The translations under genes were made by a program, and so were the position numbers. Of a DNA stretch of 64,000 nt, positions 26,722-55,520 are shown in pieces. Position 1 is the first letter of the stretch, and each line of letters opens with the position of its first letter. The stretch comes from the human T2T-CHM13v2.0 reference genome, Homo sapiens. The notes below the pieces were generated by a model that was given only the letters and a program-made list of their open reading frames with translations, was not told where the DNA came from and ran no database searches. The stretch lies in the NCBI RefSeq assembly GCF_009914755.1, contig NC_060947.1, one strand, 5' to 3'.

Positions 26722-29080
26722 CTATCTTACCTACAGGGTTTACTGAGATTGTGACAGCCCAATAAAAATAGCAGTTTAAAACATAAATAAAATACATTTT
26801 TAAAGTTTCTTATTTTAGAAACAAGGTCTCAATATAGAACTTAAATAGGCCAGGTGCAGTGCCTCAGCCTCCCAAAGTGCTGAGATTACAGGCATGAGCC
26901 ACCGCACCTGGCCTATTTAAGTTTTAAATGAAGTGGTTCAGAGGTCATATTGCTCCAGAGTGACCAGCAGAAGCAAGCACAAATCCTCTGTGGAGGGAGG
27001 GATGTCCTTTAAACACAGGCCTCAAAGCACCGCTATAGAAAATTCCAAAATACGTAATTTTTTAAAATCCTAAAATGTACAAGGAAACAAGCCACCATGA
27101 GTTATAGAAACATTTAGCATGTGAATTCAAGTATCAGTCCTGCAAAGATAGCAGCCTTTGAAATTATATGACAAAGACTATAAGTATAATTAATATGCTT
27201 AAAGAAATAAAAGGAAATATTGAAACTGTAATAAAAAAGCAAGAGAATATAAAATGACTAGATACGCTTGAAAGAAAACCAAAAAGAGCTCCTAGAAATG
27301 AAAAATATGACAATTGAAATTGGACATTTAAAGTTTAAACAGCATATTAAACATAGCTGAAGAAAGAAATAGTGAACTGGAAGATGGATTTAAGGAAATT
27401 ACCCAGAATGCAGCACAGACAGACAATAAGACAGACAGGTCACACATATATTTAGTTGGATTTCTAGAAGAAAAAAAGGAGAATAGGGAATATAAAGTAT
27501 TTTAATAAACAATGCCTGAGAAATTTCCAAAACTGATGAAAGACACCGTGGAAGAGACTGCTGAGTGTCCCCCAGTATCCATTCTCTGCTTCTCCTTTTT
27601 AGAAATAAAATGCCCAAAGGTTAATAGCGTGTATGGCTTCACAGCTAAAAACTTTATTTCCCATCCTCCCTTGCGGCTAATTGTGGCCATGTTTTTGCAT
27701 ATTGTCTCATATTTCCATTAGAGCCCTTAGCATTTTAATCATAGTTATTTTAAACTTCTGGTCTGATCATTCCAACACCCCTGTCATAGCTGAGTCTGCT
27801 TCTGGTACTGGCTCTATCTTTTTGAACTATGTTTTTTGGCCTTTAGTATGACTTGTCTTTTTTTTACTTTTTGTTTTTTTTGTCAAAAGCTGGACACATA
27901 CTGGGTAAAAGGACCTGCTGCGAATAGGCCGTAGTGATACAGCAGAATGTGGAGGGAGGAAAAGCATTCAGTCCTGTGATTAGGTTTCTGTCTTTGGGCG
28001 TGCCTATGCCCCTGGACTGTGAATTTCACCAATGCTTCTCAGATTGTGCCCCGCTTAGGTGGGCCAGGATGGCTACAAAAGACTGAGTTGGGTATTTCGC
28101 TTCCCTCAGGTCAGTTAGGCTCCGCCAAAACCCTAATAGGTTGGGCCTGGTAAGGGTTACTCTTGAGGGCAGGCCTAGTTAAGAAAGGAACGCCCTGGGC
28201 GTATTTCAAAATGACCACTTTCCCCTCCCCCTGCCAGAAGCATGATGAGATTTTTCTCACTGTGAGAACCTGGTTGAGCTCCTAAAGGTAAAACTTACAA
28301 AAGTATGGGAGCCCCAAAAGACTGCCCCATCCCAGAGTTTTAACTCTCAGACTTGTCCGCACTGAGCCCCCAGCAATTCAGCAATTGCAGTTCGGGTGTC
28401 CCTACGCCAGCACTGGTTCCTGTGCCTGGCCTCCTGCTCTGCTAAGTTGTGATTCTCTGTGCCCGCCTGTCTGTCTCCCCAATTTTGGGGGCAGCATTTT
28501 GCCCAGTGACTTCAATTCTCTGATAAATCTAAGAGGAGTTGTTGATTTTAAATGTGTTCCACTTTTACTCGTTCTTAGGACAGACCGATGACTTCTGGCC
28601 TCCTTACACACTGGACCAGCAACAGAAACTCCCCTGGGTCTGTTTCTATTGACCGATTTTTCTTCTCATGATGGCTCACATTTTTATGCTTCTTCTACCT
28701 GAGTCAGAAAGCCGGGATGTAGAGCTCTCTTAGTCTGTCTCCTTTCTCTCAGGGACCACAGTCCTTCACTGACTGCTGTCCCCCATCTGAAAACAATGGA
28801 TTTTCATATATTTTGCCCAGTTTCTAGCTGTTTATGGTGAGACAGTAATTCTGGACCCTCCTATTCCCTCATGGTCATATTGATATTGAGTGACTTTACA
28901 TTTTGTTAAGACAAATAAGCATATTAAATTTTTTAGCATAACTAGAATATAAATAGGATATACTACTTCCAAACTAGTAGAGGAAAAAAGCAAATAATGA
29001 AGGAAAATATCAACTAATCAAAAAAAGGTCAAGTAAGGGAAATAAAGAAACAGAAACATTGGAATAAGTAGAAAGTATAA

Positions 29081-29466
<386 letters not shown>

Positions 29467-29622
29467 TTAGACTGGATTTTAAAAAATCCAGCTATAAGCT
29501 GTTTACCAGAGACGCATCTAAAGGGTAGAACCAGAAAAGGTTGAAAGGGCAGGACTGGCTGGGCACAGTGGTGGCTCATACACTCAATCCCAGCACTTGG
29601 GGAGGTCAAGGCGAGAAGATCA

Positions 29623-30047
<425 letters not shown>

Positions 30048-30968
30048 TTAGTCAGGCATGGTGGTGCGCACCTACGGTCTCAGCTACGTGGGAGACTGAG
30101 GCAGGAGGATCACTTGAACCAGGAGGTTGAGGCTGCAGTGAGCCGTGATTTTGCCACTGCACTCCAGCCTGGGTGACTGAGTGAGACCCTGTCTGGAAAA
30201 AAAAAAAAAAAGGGCAGGACCTCCACCTATGGCCAAATGCAGATATCAGCAAATAACCTCCCCAAAAAAGTAACTTTATATAAAGCTGGACAAAATTGAC
30301 AAAAACAAGCTTTTTGATCTGGAAGTCAACGGAAAATGTCTCATAATCCAAGTGGCTGGATTTTGAGTAAGAACAGCGGGAGTCTGTGGCATTCTGGCCC
30401 AGGGCTGCTCCCATCCCTCCTGGCTTGCTGGGCATGGAAGCTATGCCAAGGAGGGGAAGGCCATGAAGACCAGCAGCTTCTCCCCATAGGCTTGAAAGGC
30501 GCTCGCTCATTTGGATGATTGGTGGGCAACACCTGTGCCCAGCGGCATGATCGGTGGAAGTGACTTCTTGGAGGTGGGCTGGCAGGGAAGATTTTTTCCA
30601 TTTAAAAAATATATATTCTAGTTAAAAATTTTAAGCCTGGTTTCCTAGGAGCTACCCTGTATCTGCCTAGCTTGGTGGTCAGCCAATGACTGGACAGAAG
30701 CTGTGCTCAAACATCTCAAGCCAGTAAGGCTTGTGTCCTTGGGTCTGGGTGTGGGTAGGGGAGCTTATTCAATGTTCAGGCTGCTTTAAGGTCTTCTGGG
30801 CTTTCCTTTCCACTGGGCCCTCTCACATCTCTTATATACACGTGCATAGTCCCAGGGCAGTCCAGGAGAGCGTGAGTAGCATGGGACCCCTCCAGTCTCT
30901 GGTCAGCTAGAAATATACTGCCGCAAGCACATCCATAGCCTCAGTTGAGTAGAGCTGATCTGTTTGCC

Positions 30969-38760
<7,792 letters not shown>

Positions 38761-39890
38761 AAAGGATTGAAAAAACTATACCAGTTAAATGTTAACCAAA
38801 AAAAGTTATAGTTGCTATGTTAATATCAGACCAAGTAGACTATAAGGGAAAATCATTGCTAGTATTAACATATATCACTATATTTTGATCAAATATTCAA
38901 CTTACCTAAAATACATACCAATTCTAAACTCAAATACACTGAATAACATAACTTATAAATACATAAAGCAATAATTGAAAGAACTACAAGGAGAAACTGG
39001 CAAAAAGCAGTTGAGCCTCTACTCAGGACATCATGTGAGGAAAGACTTGGTTCCCTGGGGTGAGGGAAACTGTGGAAATCTCCACGGGGTGTGAGGGAGG
39101 AGCTCTGGAGAGATGGGCATGAGCTTTTGTTTTTTAAAGACCAGCATGATAGTAAGCATGGGCTTTTTCTATTTCTCAAAAGGGGGCAGATAATAGGGTT
39201 GAAAAATATTGAAAAATTATCTTAAAGCAAAAATCAGATCCTGTCACTTGTTCTGTTTAAAACGTCCGTGGCTCCCAGTGCCCTCTTGAGAAAGTTCACT
39301 TTCCAGGCTGATCTCTACCCACCTCCTCTCACAACCTCCCTCAACCAGACGGGATTCTTTGTTATTTCTGAAACATTCCATACTTCTTATCTTGCCCACC
39401 TGGTGTTGGGGCTAGTGATAGGGATCCGTGGATGAAGCTGGGGTGGGGTGGAGAACATGGTTGCCACATGCCCAGACAGTGCCTGGCAGGAAGAAACATG
39501 TGGCTTATAGTGCCAACTCAGCCACCGCCTGGCCAGGGGGCCCGACTTGGTCACTTCGTCTCTTCAACAGACCTGTTGCTCTCCCGGGTTCCCTGGCAGC
39601 ATCCTCAACTCCCTCACAACCCCCCCACCACCCCCATTGAGTCGATGACCAAGCTCCATCTTTCCAGTAGTCCCACATCTCTTGCCTTGTTCTCCACATG
39701 GTTCAGGCTTGTCTCCCAGCCACCAGCCCTGCCCTGCCCCACTTCCAGGCCATCGCTCACACCGAACTCCAAAGGGATCTTTGTAGGGCCCAGCTCCCAT
39801 GCCCCATTTCCACCACTGTGCAAAGACCTCCCTGGTTCCCACTTAACAGGACATAAAATTGAGGCACAGAGGAGCTTAAAGGCAACACAA

Positions 39891-40200
39891 GCCAGGTGGC
39901 ATGGTGGCTCACACCTGTAGTCCTAGCTACTCGGGAGGTTGGGGATGACTTGAGCCCAGGAGTTCTGGGCTGTAGTGTGCTATGTCCATCAGGTGTCCGT
40001 ACTAAGTTCAGCATCAATATTCTGGGAGCAGAGGACCACTAGGTTGCCTGCGGAGGGGTGAAACAGCCCAGGTCGGAAACGGAGTAGGTCAAAACTCGTG
40101 TGCTGATCAGTAGTAGGATCACACTTGTGAAGTGAATAGCCACTGCACTCCAGCCTGGGCAACACAGTGAGACCTCATCTCGTAAAAAAAAAAAAAAAAA
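39891..40200 (+). pseudogene. 7SL RNA (RN7SL) retropseudogene
   Basis: Alu-domain ends flanking the S domain (actaagttcagcatcaatat, ggttgcct..ggaggggtgaa, ccaggtcggaaacggag); A-tail; TSD ggcaacacaa. Confidence 0.92.
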
Positions 40201-43200
40201 TGGCAACACAAACCATCTGCAAGACCCCAACTCAAATCCAGCGTGGGTTCCCCCAGCCCAGGGTTCTCTTTCCTTCAGACACACAGAGTTTGCATTCACA
40301 AAGAGAAGTGGGGAAAGAATGCCGCCTTGTTTTCTTCAATTCCCCACACAATCATGTCCCAAGCAAGACCTCGCTTGCATGGATGCAAGCAAGAGGATGC
40401 AGTGGCAGAGTGTGGGTTCAAATCCTCACTGTGCCACAAGCTGTATGGCTTTGGCTCACTTAGCCTCTGTATGCCTCAGTTTCTCCATATGTGAAGTGGG
40501 GATGATGATCATGATAGCAGCTATCTCACAGGTGAGGTTCAAGTTAATACATGGAAAGCTCTTCAATAAAGAGTCGTTACTAGCATGCTTTTTTTTTTTT
40601 TTTTTTTTTGTAAAGGTGGGTTCTCGCCATCTTACCCAGGCTAGTCTCGAACTCCTGGGCTCGAGGGATCAGTGTTCTTTTTATTAAAAGGAATAAGCCT
40701 TCCAGAAATACCAGATACAATGCTAGATACATATTTGCAAAGAGAAGGGTGAAAAGTAAGTCTACTTTCATGCCCGTCAGGCACCTCGAACTCACCACAT
40801 CCAGAATCAATCTCATTACTCCTCCCCCAAAGTAATGCCCGTTGAACTCTTCTTGATGAATGTTCTGCTGCCAGAAACATGATCTACCTGGATCCCCCCG
40901 CTTCATTCCCCACCTGCAACCCATCACCAAGACCTGTCCACATGACTCCCAAAGAGCTCCTAGGACCACCTCCGTGTCTCCCTGTCCCTAGGGTGGACCC
41001 ACAGGTTGAGCTTCCCTTGAAACTCCGCTACCCACAGGTTTGCTTCAAGATAGAGCACGTGACCCACCCTGTGTGGCCCAGAACAGCAGAGACAGCTTCC
41101 TTTTGTGATGCCCACCAGGGTTCCCCTGACCCTCAATTCTGGTCTGGTTCCAGACACCCCAATTCCTAGCAGCCGGCCCCGGCTCAGCACCTAACCCACA
41201 CTGGGCAAGGATGCTCTCTGGCTACAAACCCCTTCGATGGCTCCCCACTGCTCCTAGACTACAGCTCCAGCTCCTTCCCCTGCCAGGCTTGGTCTGGCCC
41301 GTTCCTCTTGCTGCCAGCCTCAGCACCAGCCCTGAGCCTGAGAAGCCCTCACAGTGTCCAGCACAGCTCCCTTGCCATCACTTCACACACACACACCACC
41401 TTTTGCCTTTGGCTAAACCAGTCCTTTCTCTCTCCCAGGCTGCCATCCCACTGCCTAGGTGACCCAAACTGCCTTCCTCATATGCGGTCTCGGAGGGATG
41501 AAGGAGGGGTGCCGCCTCTGCTTGACCTGGGGGTTCCCCCTCTCGCCCCTATCACAGATGGGCAGGACCTCTCCCCCAAGGTTGGACTTCCCCAAGGCAG
41601 GATTTGCAGGGTGTGGGGTAGGGGCAGTCGCGGAGAGGAATGGATTTGAGAGGCTGCCCAGGGTGCTGAAGGAACTAGGGAGGCTAATGGACGTCTAAAG
41701 ATGGGGCCGTGGCTCCCCCTGCTGACGGGAGGCCATATTGCACCCTGTGTCAAGGCAGCCCAGAGCTGGCTTAAGCTCCAAGCCGAAGCGATCTGGCCAC
41801 GTGCCTGGACTGGAAGAGCTGGCTGTTCTGAGCGAGTGCCGGTTTCTTCTGTAAGGCTGGCTCTGGCACTCCTGCTCATTGCTCCCAGACCCACAAAGAT
41901 CATTTTTATCATCCCCGTAAAACCACCCCTCCAATAGAGGGCGTCCTCCTGGAGGGCAGGCGCCTCTTCTGATAGGCCCAGGTCAGTGCCCAGCACCTGG
42001 CCCAGAGTAGAGGCTCAGTCAACATCTGACCAAAACAACAGCAAGTAGGTATCGTGGGAGTCCAGTGTGAACAACAGAGAAGATGGGAAGGGGGGCCCAC
42101 AGCAGGGGTGCCCACAGGCAACAAGGCCCCACGTAGGGGTGAGGGCAGGTGGGACAGGTCTTGGAGGCGAGGAAGCCGTGGTACTGGCTGACTGAGGTCC
42201 CCTGTGGGGCCCAAAGCCTGGAGCGAAGGATGGCCTGGGAGCGGCTGTGGGGATGGAGGAGGAGGCTGCCCACCCACCTCCAGCCTGCTCTCCCTGGTGG
42301 AAGCCAGGTCCCCTGGCTCCAACCCTGAACCCCACTCCAGCCTTCACCCACAAGACCCAGGCCAGCCTTGGTTTGAGCCTCACCGCCTCCCTTTGGGGCC
42401 CAAAGTTCAACAAGGAGAGTGATCTTCTCTACCATTCTCGCCAGTCAAGCCATGGGTCATCAGGCTTACACTCTGAGGGCTGGCAGGGAGCAAGGGTCTC
42501 AGAGTGGAGGGAGGGGTGGCCAGCTTGCCTGGAACTCTCGCTGGGGCCAAGAAGTGGCTCTAGGGGTCTTCCCCTGATGGGCCCAAGAGAAAGGCCTAGA
42601 GGGGCCAGCAGAGCTTTGGGACCCAGCAAGGCAGGGCTCTGGAGCCCTGGCCCCTCCAAAATGGAGGTTGGTGGGGCTGGGGCCACTCAGACCAGAGGAC
42701 AGGCCACGGCTCTCCACTTCAGAAGCCACCGCCAAGCTGCCACTGCTCCCAGAGCCCCAGCTGCCAGCCCAGGTCTACCCCAGCCTGGAGCCTGAGGGTT
42801 CCAAAGCCCCCGCACAGCAGAGGGGAAGAGGGCCCTGTGTCGCCCTCTCCTGGACAAGGAGCTCCTCTCACCCCCTGACCCTGGGGTCCCCTACTCTTCT
42901 GCTCGACAAGATGGCCTCTGGCCATCAAGAAAGGGAAGGGAGGGAGGGATGGAAGGTGACAGTCCTGGGCTCTGGTCGCCCTCCATGCACCTGTGAGCCC
43001 TTCCCAGTCCCAGGCACCTGGCTGAGGCACCCCAGGCCCGGCCCTGCATGGCAGGGGCACTGGAGCACATCCCTGGGGGTCTGGAGCCAGCACTCAGCCT
43101 CCTGACTGCGCCCCCTGCTGGCAGCCCAGCAGGCGTGCGCTGCCTCCACTTTGTCCCAGGACCCCAAGGCTGGGCAGTTACACCTCTGGGGTGGCAGAGC

Positions 43201-43397
43201 TGCCCGGCCACGCTGCCACTTGTTGGTGCTTTGGGGGGAGGGGACAGGAAGTTTTTGGACAGTTGGAAACTTGTCTGGGGAAGCAGAGGTTCAGGTGGCA
43301 GTGGGCGAAGCCGTGTGGCAGGCTCTCATTGGTTTCCTTCCCACAAGTGACCAGGTCCCCTCCACACTCGCCGCACCCCCAGGTCACCACTGGCCCA

Positions 43398-43795
43398 TTG
43401 CTGTATCTTTCTTTATTGGTTTGGGGAAAACTGGAGGGGGCTGGAAGGCCATGACCATGACACAAGCAGGACCACCCACACTCAGCGAAGCACACAACAG
43501 CCGTGCAGGAAAGACAGCCCCTGAGGCCCGCCTGCCAGCACCCCCTCGGCTTTTGGCGGGGCGGGGGGGGCAGGGGCGGGAGAGGCAACAGGGGAGGGGA
43601 GCCACTGCCCCCAGGCAGGGCAGAGCCTGGGGACAGACTTGGGGGTGCCCCATTCCAACCCCAGCGCCATGCGCCACACCCTCAAATCTCAAAATCCAGC
43701 AGAGGCCAGCCCCAGGGGGAGGGGTTGGGGGAGGGGACCGAAAGCATCCAAGGGAAGGAAATCTGGGGGTCAGTCCACTTGGCCTCGGCATCTGC
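43398..43795 (-). other. PNCK: PNCK terminal non-coding (3'UTR) exon
   Basis: Strong minus-strand acceptor cccctttccctctgcttctccctctcag| at 43795; AATAAA (tttatt at 43412-43417); 3' end approximate. Confidence 0.8.
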
Positions 43796-44121
43796 CTGAG
43801 AGGGAGAAGCAGAGGGAAAGGGGGTAGTCAGGAGCCGGCCTGCCAGCCCTGTGCCCCCACCCCCTGCCTCGGTCAAATCCCGGACTTCTTAGAGGCCCTC
43901 TCCCCCTGCACCCCATTGCCCAATGTCAAGCACCCACTGGCCCTCCCTGTCCTTCCACCTCTCCTGGGGCCCTGGCTCCTCCCTCTGCTCTCTGCCTTCA
44001 GTCCTCTGGCCTGTGGGGGCCACCCCACTTAGCTCTTGGCCACATGGAGCGCCACCACCCTCTAAGCTCTCCAAGGAGCCAGCTCCTGGGCGTGCAGGGT
44101 CCACCCAAACACACCTGGGCA

Positions 44122-44259
44122 TCACCACTTGGGGGGCTGGCCAGCACGGAGGCCTGAGTGGCTGTGGCGGGCCATGCCCTGCTCAGAGGCCCCCTCGCCC
44201 TCTGGGATCTGCCCCAGCTTCCGGATGTGGCGCAGGAACGAGGTGGCATTGAAGGCTCG
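44122..44259 (-). CDS. PNCK: PNCK last coding exon (autoinhibitory/CaM-binding region and C-terminus)
   Basis: RAFNATSFLRHIRKLGQIPEGEGASEQGMARHSHSGLRAGQPPKW*; TGA at 44124-44122; total CDS 1032 nt = 343 aa. Confidence 0.95.
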   Translation of the reverse strand, partial: RAFNATSFLRHIRKLGQIPEGEGASEQGMARHSHSGLRAGQPPKW

Positions 44260-44408
44260 CTGCCAGAAGAGAGGGAGATCAGGCCAGGCCTGGGCCCAGG
44301 CCCCAGCCCCTAGACTGTGAGGACTGCAGTGGTCACTGGGCAGCCACGGCGATCAGGCTACAGCTGGGGTGCGGCGGGCGACCACACTGGGTCTCTCTCC
44401 ACACTGAC

Positions 44409-44496
44409 CTTCCAGTGTGTCCGAGCAAAGTTCTTCCGGATCTGCTCACTGACAGAGCCTAAGATGTCCCTGTCGAAGGCTGTGTCCCCAGAGATC
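44409..44496 (-). CDS. PNCK: PNCK coding exon 8
   Basis: ISGDTAFDRDILGSVSEQIRKNFARTHWK; AG/GT boundaries, phases consistent (88 nt). Confidence 0.95.
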
Positions 44497-44581
44497 CTGG
44501 GGAAAGGCTGAAGGTCAGGGGGGGTCTCTCTGCAAATGCAGGCCCCCTGGCCCTGGGGCAGCTCAGCAGGGCTCCCACTCA

Positions 44582-44680
<99 letters not shown>

Positions 44681-44683
44681 TCA

Positions 44684-44941
<258 letters not shown>

Positions 44942-44948
44942 TCACTCA

Positions 44949-45409
<461 letters not shown>

Positions 45410-45412
45410 CTA

Positions 45413-45739
<327 letters not shown>

Positions 45740-45790
45740 TCACTGCTCAGTCCCTCCCCGGCTCCCACAGCCTGCCCAGGCCCTCCTCAC

Positions 45791-45865
45791 AGTTCCATGG
45801 CCAGGTAGAGGTGGGAAGGGCTCTCGTGGACATCCTCCAGAGCGACGATGTTGGGGTGACTGATC
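45791..45865 (-). CDS. PNCK: PNCK coding exon 3a
   Basis: ISHPNIVALEDVHESPSHLYLAMEL; 75 nt. Confidence 0.96.
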
Positions 45866-46163
45866 CTGCAATGGCAAGGAAGCGCCTGTGGGCCAACAGA
45901 GTCAAGGGGTGCTCTGTCCTGAGGCCCTGGGGAAAGCCTCCTCCCTCTTCTCTTCCTCCCACCTCTGCTCCCCATTCCCTACCACATGCCACCCCTGCCC
46001 GGTCCAGGAAGGCAGAGCTCCAGCCTGAGCCCCGGCCTTCCTTCTAAAGCCCATTTGAAAAGCACAGATCAATATCAACTCACTCCCTTTGCCACAGGGA
46101 TGTGCAGGCCCAGAGAGAGCACTGCCCCAGGCCTCCCAAAGGTTGGTGGCCAGGCCTGGACTA

Positions 46164-46670
<507 letters not shown>

Positions 46671-46673
46671 CAC

Positions 46674-46741
46674 GAGCCGAGCCTCTCGCGGATCTCGTAG
46701 ACGCTGCTGATGTCCTCCGTGTGTTTCTTCAGCAGCAGCAT
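46674..46741 (-). CDS. PNCK: PNCK (CaMKI-beta) first common coding exon
   Basis: cctgcag|ACATG; MLLLKKHTEDISSVYEIRERLGS; donor TC|GTGAGT; 68 nt coding. Confidence 0.96.
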
Positions 46742-46799
46742 GTCTGCAGGGGCAGGGGAGAGGTGATGGGGGTCTCTCCCCGCCCCGCCGGGGGCAAGG

Positions 46800-47800
46800 G
46801 CAGCTTCCTCCTCCACCCCCTGCCAGGCAGGCCTCAGCCATTGCCGCTGCGCGCTCGACCCTCCCCTCCCCCGTCCAGGTCCACACCCCCAGACGGACGC
46901 CTCCCAGCGAGGCCACCGCATACACGCCTCCACATCCCAGGCCTACAGCTGCTATCCCACGCACCCTCCCCCGCACCCCGAAGGCGACCAGCGCCTGGAT
47001 GCTGCCTCTCTGCCTCCACACATCCGGCCGCTTTCCAGAAGGCTCCATGCTCACCCACGCCGTCCCTCCCCCATCCACACATCTACAGCGCCCAAGCCCC
47101 CACCCCCGCCTAGACCCGCCACCCATGGCACAGCGCCCACAGGCACCCGCTGCCCAAGCCACCAAGCCGCCCGGGATGCACCTGCGACCCCCGCGCGCAG
47201 CCACCTGCCAAGACCGCGGCCACCCACGCGGCCGCAGACGCAGCCCAGCCCTCGGCGCCGCGGAGCAGGGGGACCTGGCAGCCTGGGCCGCCCGCGTCCC
47301 GAGCTGCGTGGACCGAGCGCGTGCGGGCAGGGGGCGCGCCAGGCGTGACAGGTGTGCTGCGGACGCGCAAGGCTGCGGCGGCCGCGGGCCGGATCCGGTG
47401 CGCCCCCGCCCCGCGCGTCCCCGCGCCCCGGAGCAGGTGCAGACCTGGAGCGGGTGCCGCAGCGTCGTGCCGCGCAGTGGCCGCAGCGCCAAGCCCCCCG
47501 CCCGCGCCCCGCCGGCCCCGCCCCCTCCGCGCACGCCCCCGCCAGCCGCCCAAGCACGCAGTGGCCCAGCGCGGCCGCGGCGCCGCAGGGCACCTTGTAA
47601 GGCAATCGCCGGGATCCGGCTCGGGTGCCGGCCGCCACCGCCCAGCCCACTGCTCGCTCGCGCCGCCTCCCGGAGCTGCGGCCCGGCTGGGCCGGCCCCA
47701 GGGCCTTTGCACCACCGGTGGCTGTCTCCCGGAGAGCTCTTCGGCCACAGGTCGGCAAGGCTCTCTGCCTTCCAGTCTCTGCCTTCACCGCCTCTCCGAG
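46800..47800 (-). promoter_or_regulatory. PNCK: PNCK CpG island promoter region
   Basis: Dense CpG and GC boxes upstream of the first common exon. Confidence 0.85.
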
Positions 47801-47840
47801 GACAGGCTGACCCGGCCACTTGCCCGAAAGCAGCCTCCAT
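47594..47840 (-). CDS. PNCK: PNCK alternative first coding exon (83-aa N-terminal extension, 426-aa form)
   Basis: ggcATGG start; MEAAFGQVAGSACPRRGG...RIPAIALQ; donor CAAG|GTGCC is phase 1 and joins AC-ATG in frame (Asp-Met). Confidence 0.75.
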
Positions 47841-49199
47841 GCCTAGCTCCAGGACCCTGCAACCCTGCACCACAGCTCTGCCACCCTGGGCTCCCGGCAC
47901 TCACTGGGCTCCCTCTGGCTCCACCATTAATCCCTCACCCTCGCTTTCTTCTCTACCCAGCAGCCAGAGCATTCCTTTTATTGAGATCATGTCACCCTCC
48001 TGCAGCTCTCTATGTCAATCCAAGTCAAAGCATGAGTCCTTAGGGGGCGGCCTAACGACTGCCCTGGCCCCTCCTCCTCCACCTCTTCCCCGGCCACACT
48101 GGCCTCCTGACGGCCCTAGCCTTTGCTCCCCTGCCTGGAATGTTCTTCGATCAGATATCTGCCTGGCTTGGCTCCTCGTTCCATCAGATCTCGGCTCAAA
48201 TGTCCCCTCCTCAAACCGGCCTCCCCCGCCCTGCCCCTGCCAATTCTCTCCGCATAACCCTGCCCTGTCTTTAGAACGTCCAACCGCAAAAATCACCTTC
48301 TTCGCCTGGTCTTCCTCACCAAAGCGTCCGCTCCCAGAGAGTGTATCTCCGCGAACCCAACCAAGACGAGCCCAGGAAATAAGTGCGGGTGACCGAATTC
48401 AATCCTGCATCCAACAGTTACTGGACCCCCCTCGCTGCTCGCCATCCAGTCCCATGAGGTTGTGGCCAGCATCACAAGGGTTCCGTCAAGTGACCGTGGG
48501 CCCTGGCATGACACGACGTCTTCAAGAGAGTCCACGGGGCAGGAAGAGTTTTTAAAAAATCATTTTTCCAGACCTCAACTCCCATATATACTCTGTGTAA
48601 AAACTGGGAAATCTGAGAAGGCCCCTAGCAGCTCTTGCCCCCTGGCCTTTCCCAGTCACCCCTCCCAGGACACTGCAGAAGGCTCCAGGGACCCCAGCAC
48701 TCAGAAACTCCAGTCCCACCTGCTCCTCTATGTGAAAATGGTTTCCTGGGACCGACATCTAAAACAGAAAAAAATAGGAATGGAACTGATGGTGAGCCCC
48801 TTCTCATGACAGCAGGAAGTGCAATTTGTTTACAGATACCTACAGATAGTTCCCCAGAATGTCTAATACGCCAATGGTGCTTTGCCCAAGCAGAGTTCTA
48901 CAACATGGTCCTGGGTTATAAAAAGAAATAGAAATACACATATTTCTGTGCCCCAGAAAAGTAATAAAAAACTGCCCGCGTGGAAAGAGATGGCACAAAG
49001 AGACCTATCTGAGGGGCAGCAGATGGAAACTGGAGGCCAGAAGGAAAGCACCCACCTCCAAAGTGGGCCTGGGAAAGACGAGCCAGCGGGCAGGTATTGG
49101 TCCACGAGGTGACTCAGGTGGCCCTGGCCTCATGTAAAAGCTGATGGCACAGTTTTTGTTTGAATCATTGTATCATGGGGTTTTTTTTGGTTTGTTATT

Positions 49200-49490
49200 G
49201 TTGTTGTTGTTTGAGACAGGGTCTCACTGTCGCCCAGGCTGGAGTGCAGTAGTGCCATCTCAGCTCACTGCAGCCTCTGCCTCCTGGGTTCAAGCAATTC
49301 TCCCGCCTCAGCCTCGAGTAGCTGGGACTACAGGTGCATGCCACCACACCAAGCTAATTTTTGTATTTTTAGTAGAGGCAGGGTTTTACCATGTTGGCCA
49401 GGCTGGTCTCGAACTCCTGACCTCAGGTGATCTGCCTGCCTCAGCATCCCAAAGTGCTGGGATTACAGGCGTGAGCCACCGCACCAGGCC
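49200..49490 (-). mobile_element. Alu (S-type)
   Basis: Complete antisense Alu with (TTG)n tail. Confidence 0.92.
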
Positions 49491-49680
49491 TATATTGTGT
49501 GTTTACAAGAGAAATTACACCCTCCGGCCTGGCAAGGTGGCTTATGCCTGTAATCCCAGCACTTCAGGAGGCTGAGGCTGGAGGATCACTTGAGCCCAGG
49601 AGTTCCAGCCTAGCCTGGGCAACATAGCTTTTCTTTTCTTTTTTTTCTTTTCTTTTTTTTTTTTTTTTTTTGAGATGGAG

Positions 49681-50815
<1,135 letters not shown>

Positions 50816-50903
50816 TGATCTCGAACTCCTGACCTCAGATGATCCACCCTCCTCGGCCTCCCAAAGTGCTGGGATTACAGGCGTGAGCCACCGCGCCCAG
50901 CCA

Positions 50904-53659
<2,756 letters not shown>

Positions 53660-53827
53660 TGAGCCATGATCATGCCACTGCACTCCACCCTGGCAACCAG
53701 AGAGTGATAGCACAACTCAAAAAGAAAAGAGAAAAGAAATTACACCCTTTGCAACTGTGTAAACATCTGCTGAAATCCTGTACGTGTCAACTTTGAAATG
53801 TATGTGTGTTGGTTGGGTGGTGGTGAT

Positions 53828-55520
<1,693 letters not shown>

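Noticed and set aside
39891-40200. Possible functional 7SL RNA gene
   Set aside because: Has an A-tail, TSDs, internal deletions and many substitutions, indicating a retropseudogene.
46999-48555. 518-aa plus-strand ORF and overlapping long ORFs in the PNCK island
   Set aside because: Pro/Arg/Ala-rich, no domain, non-ATG or weak starts; explained by stop-codon scarcity in GC-rich DNA. Only 47594-47840 (-) has splice support.
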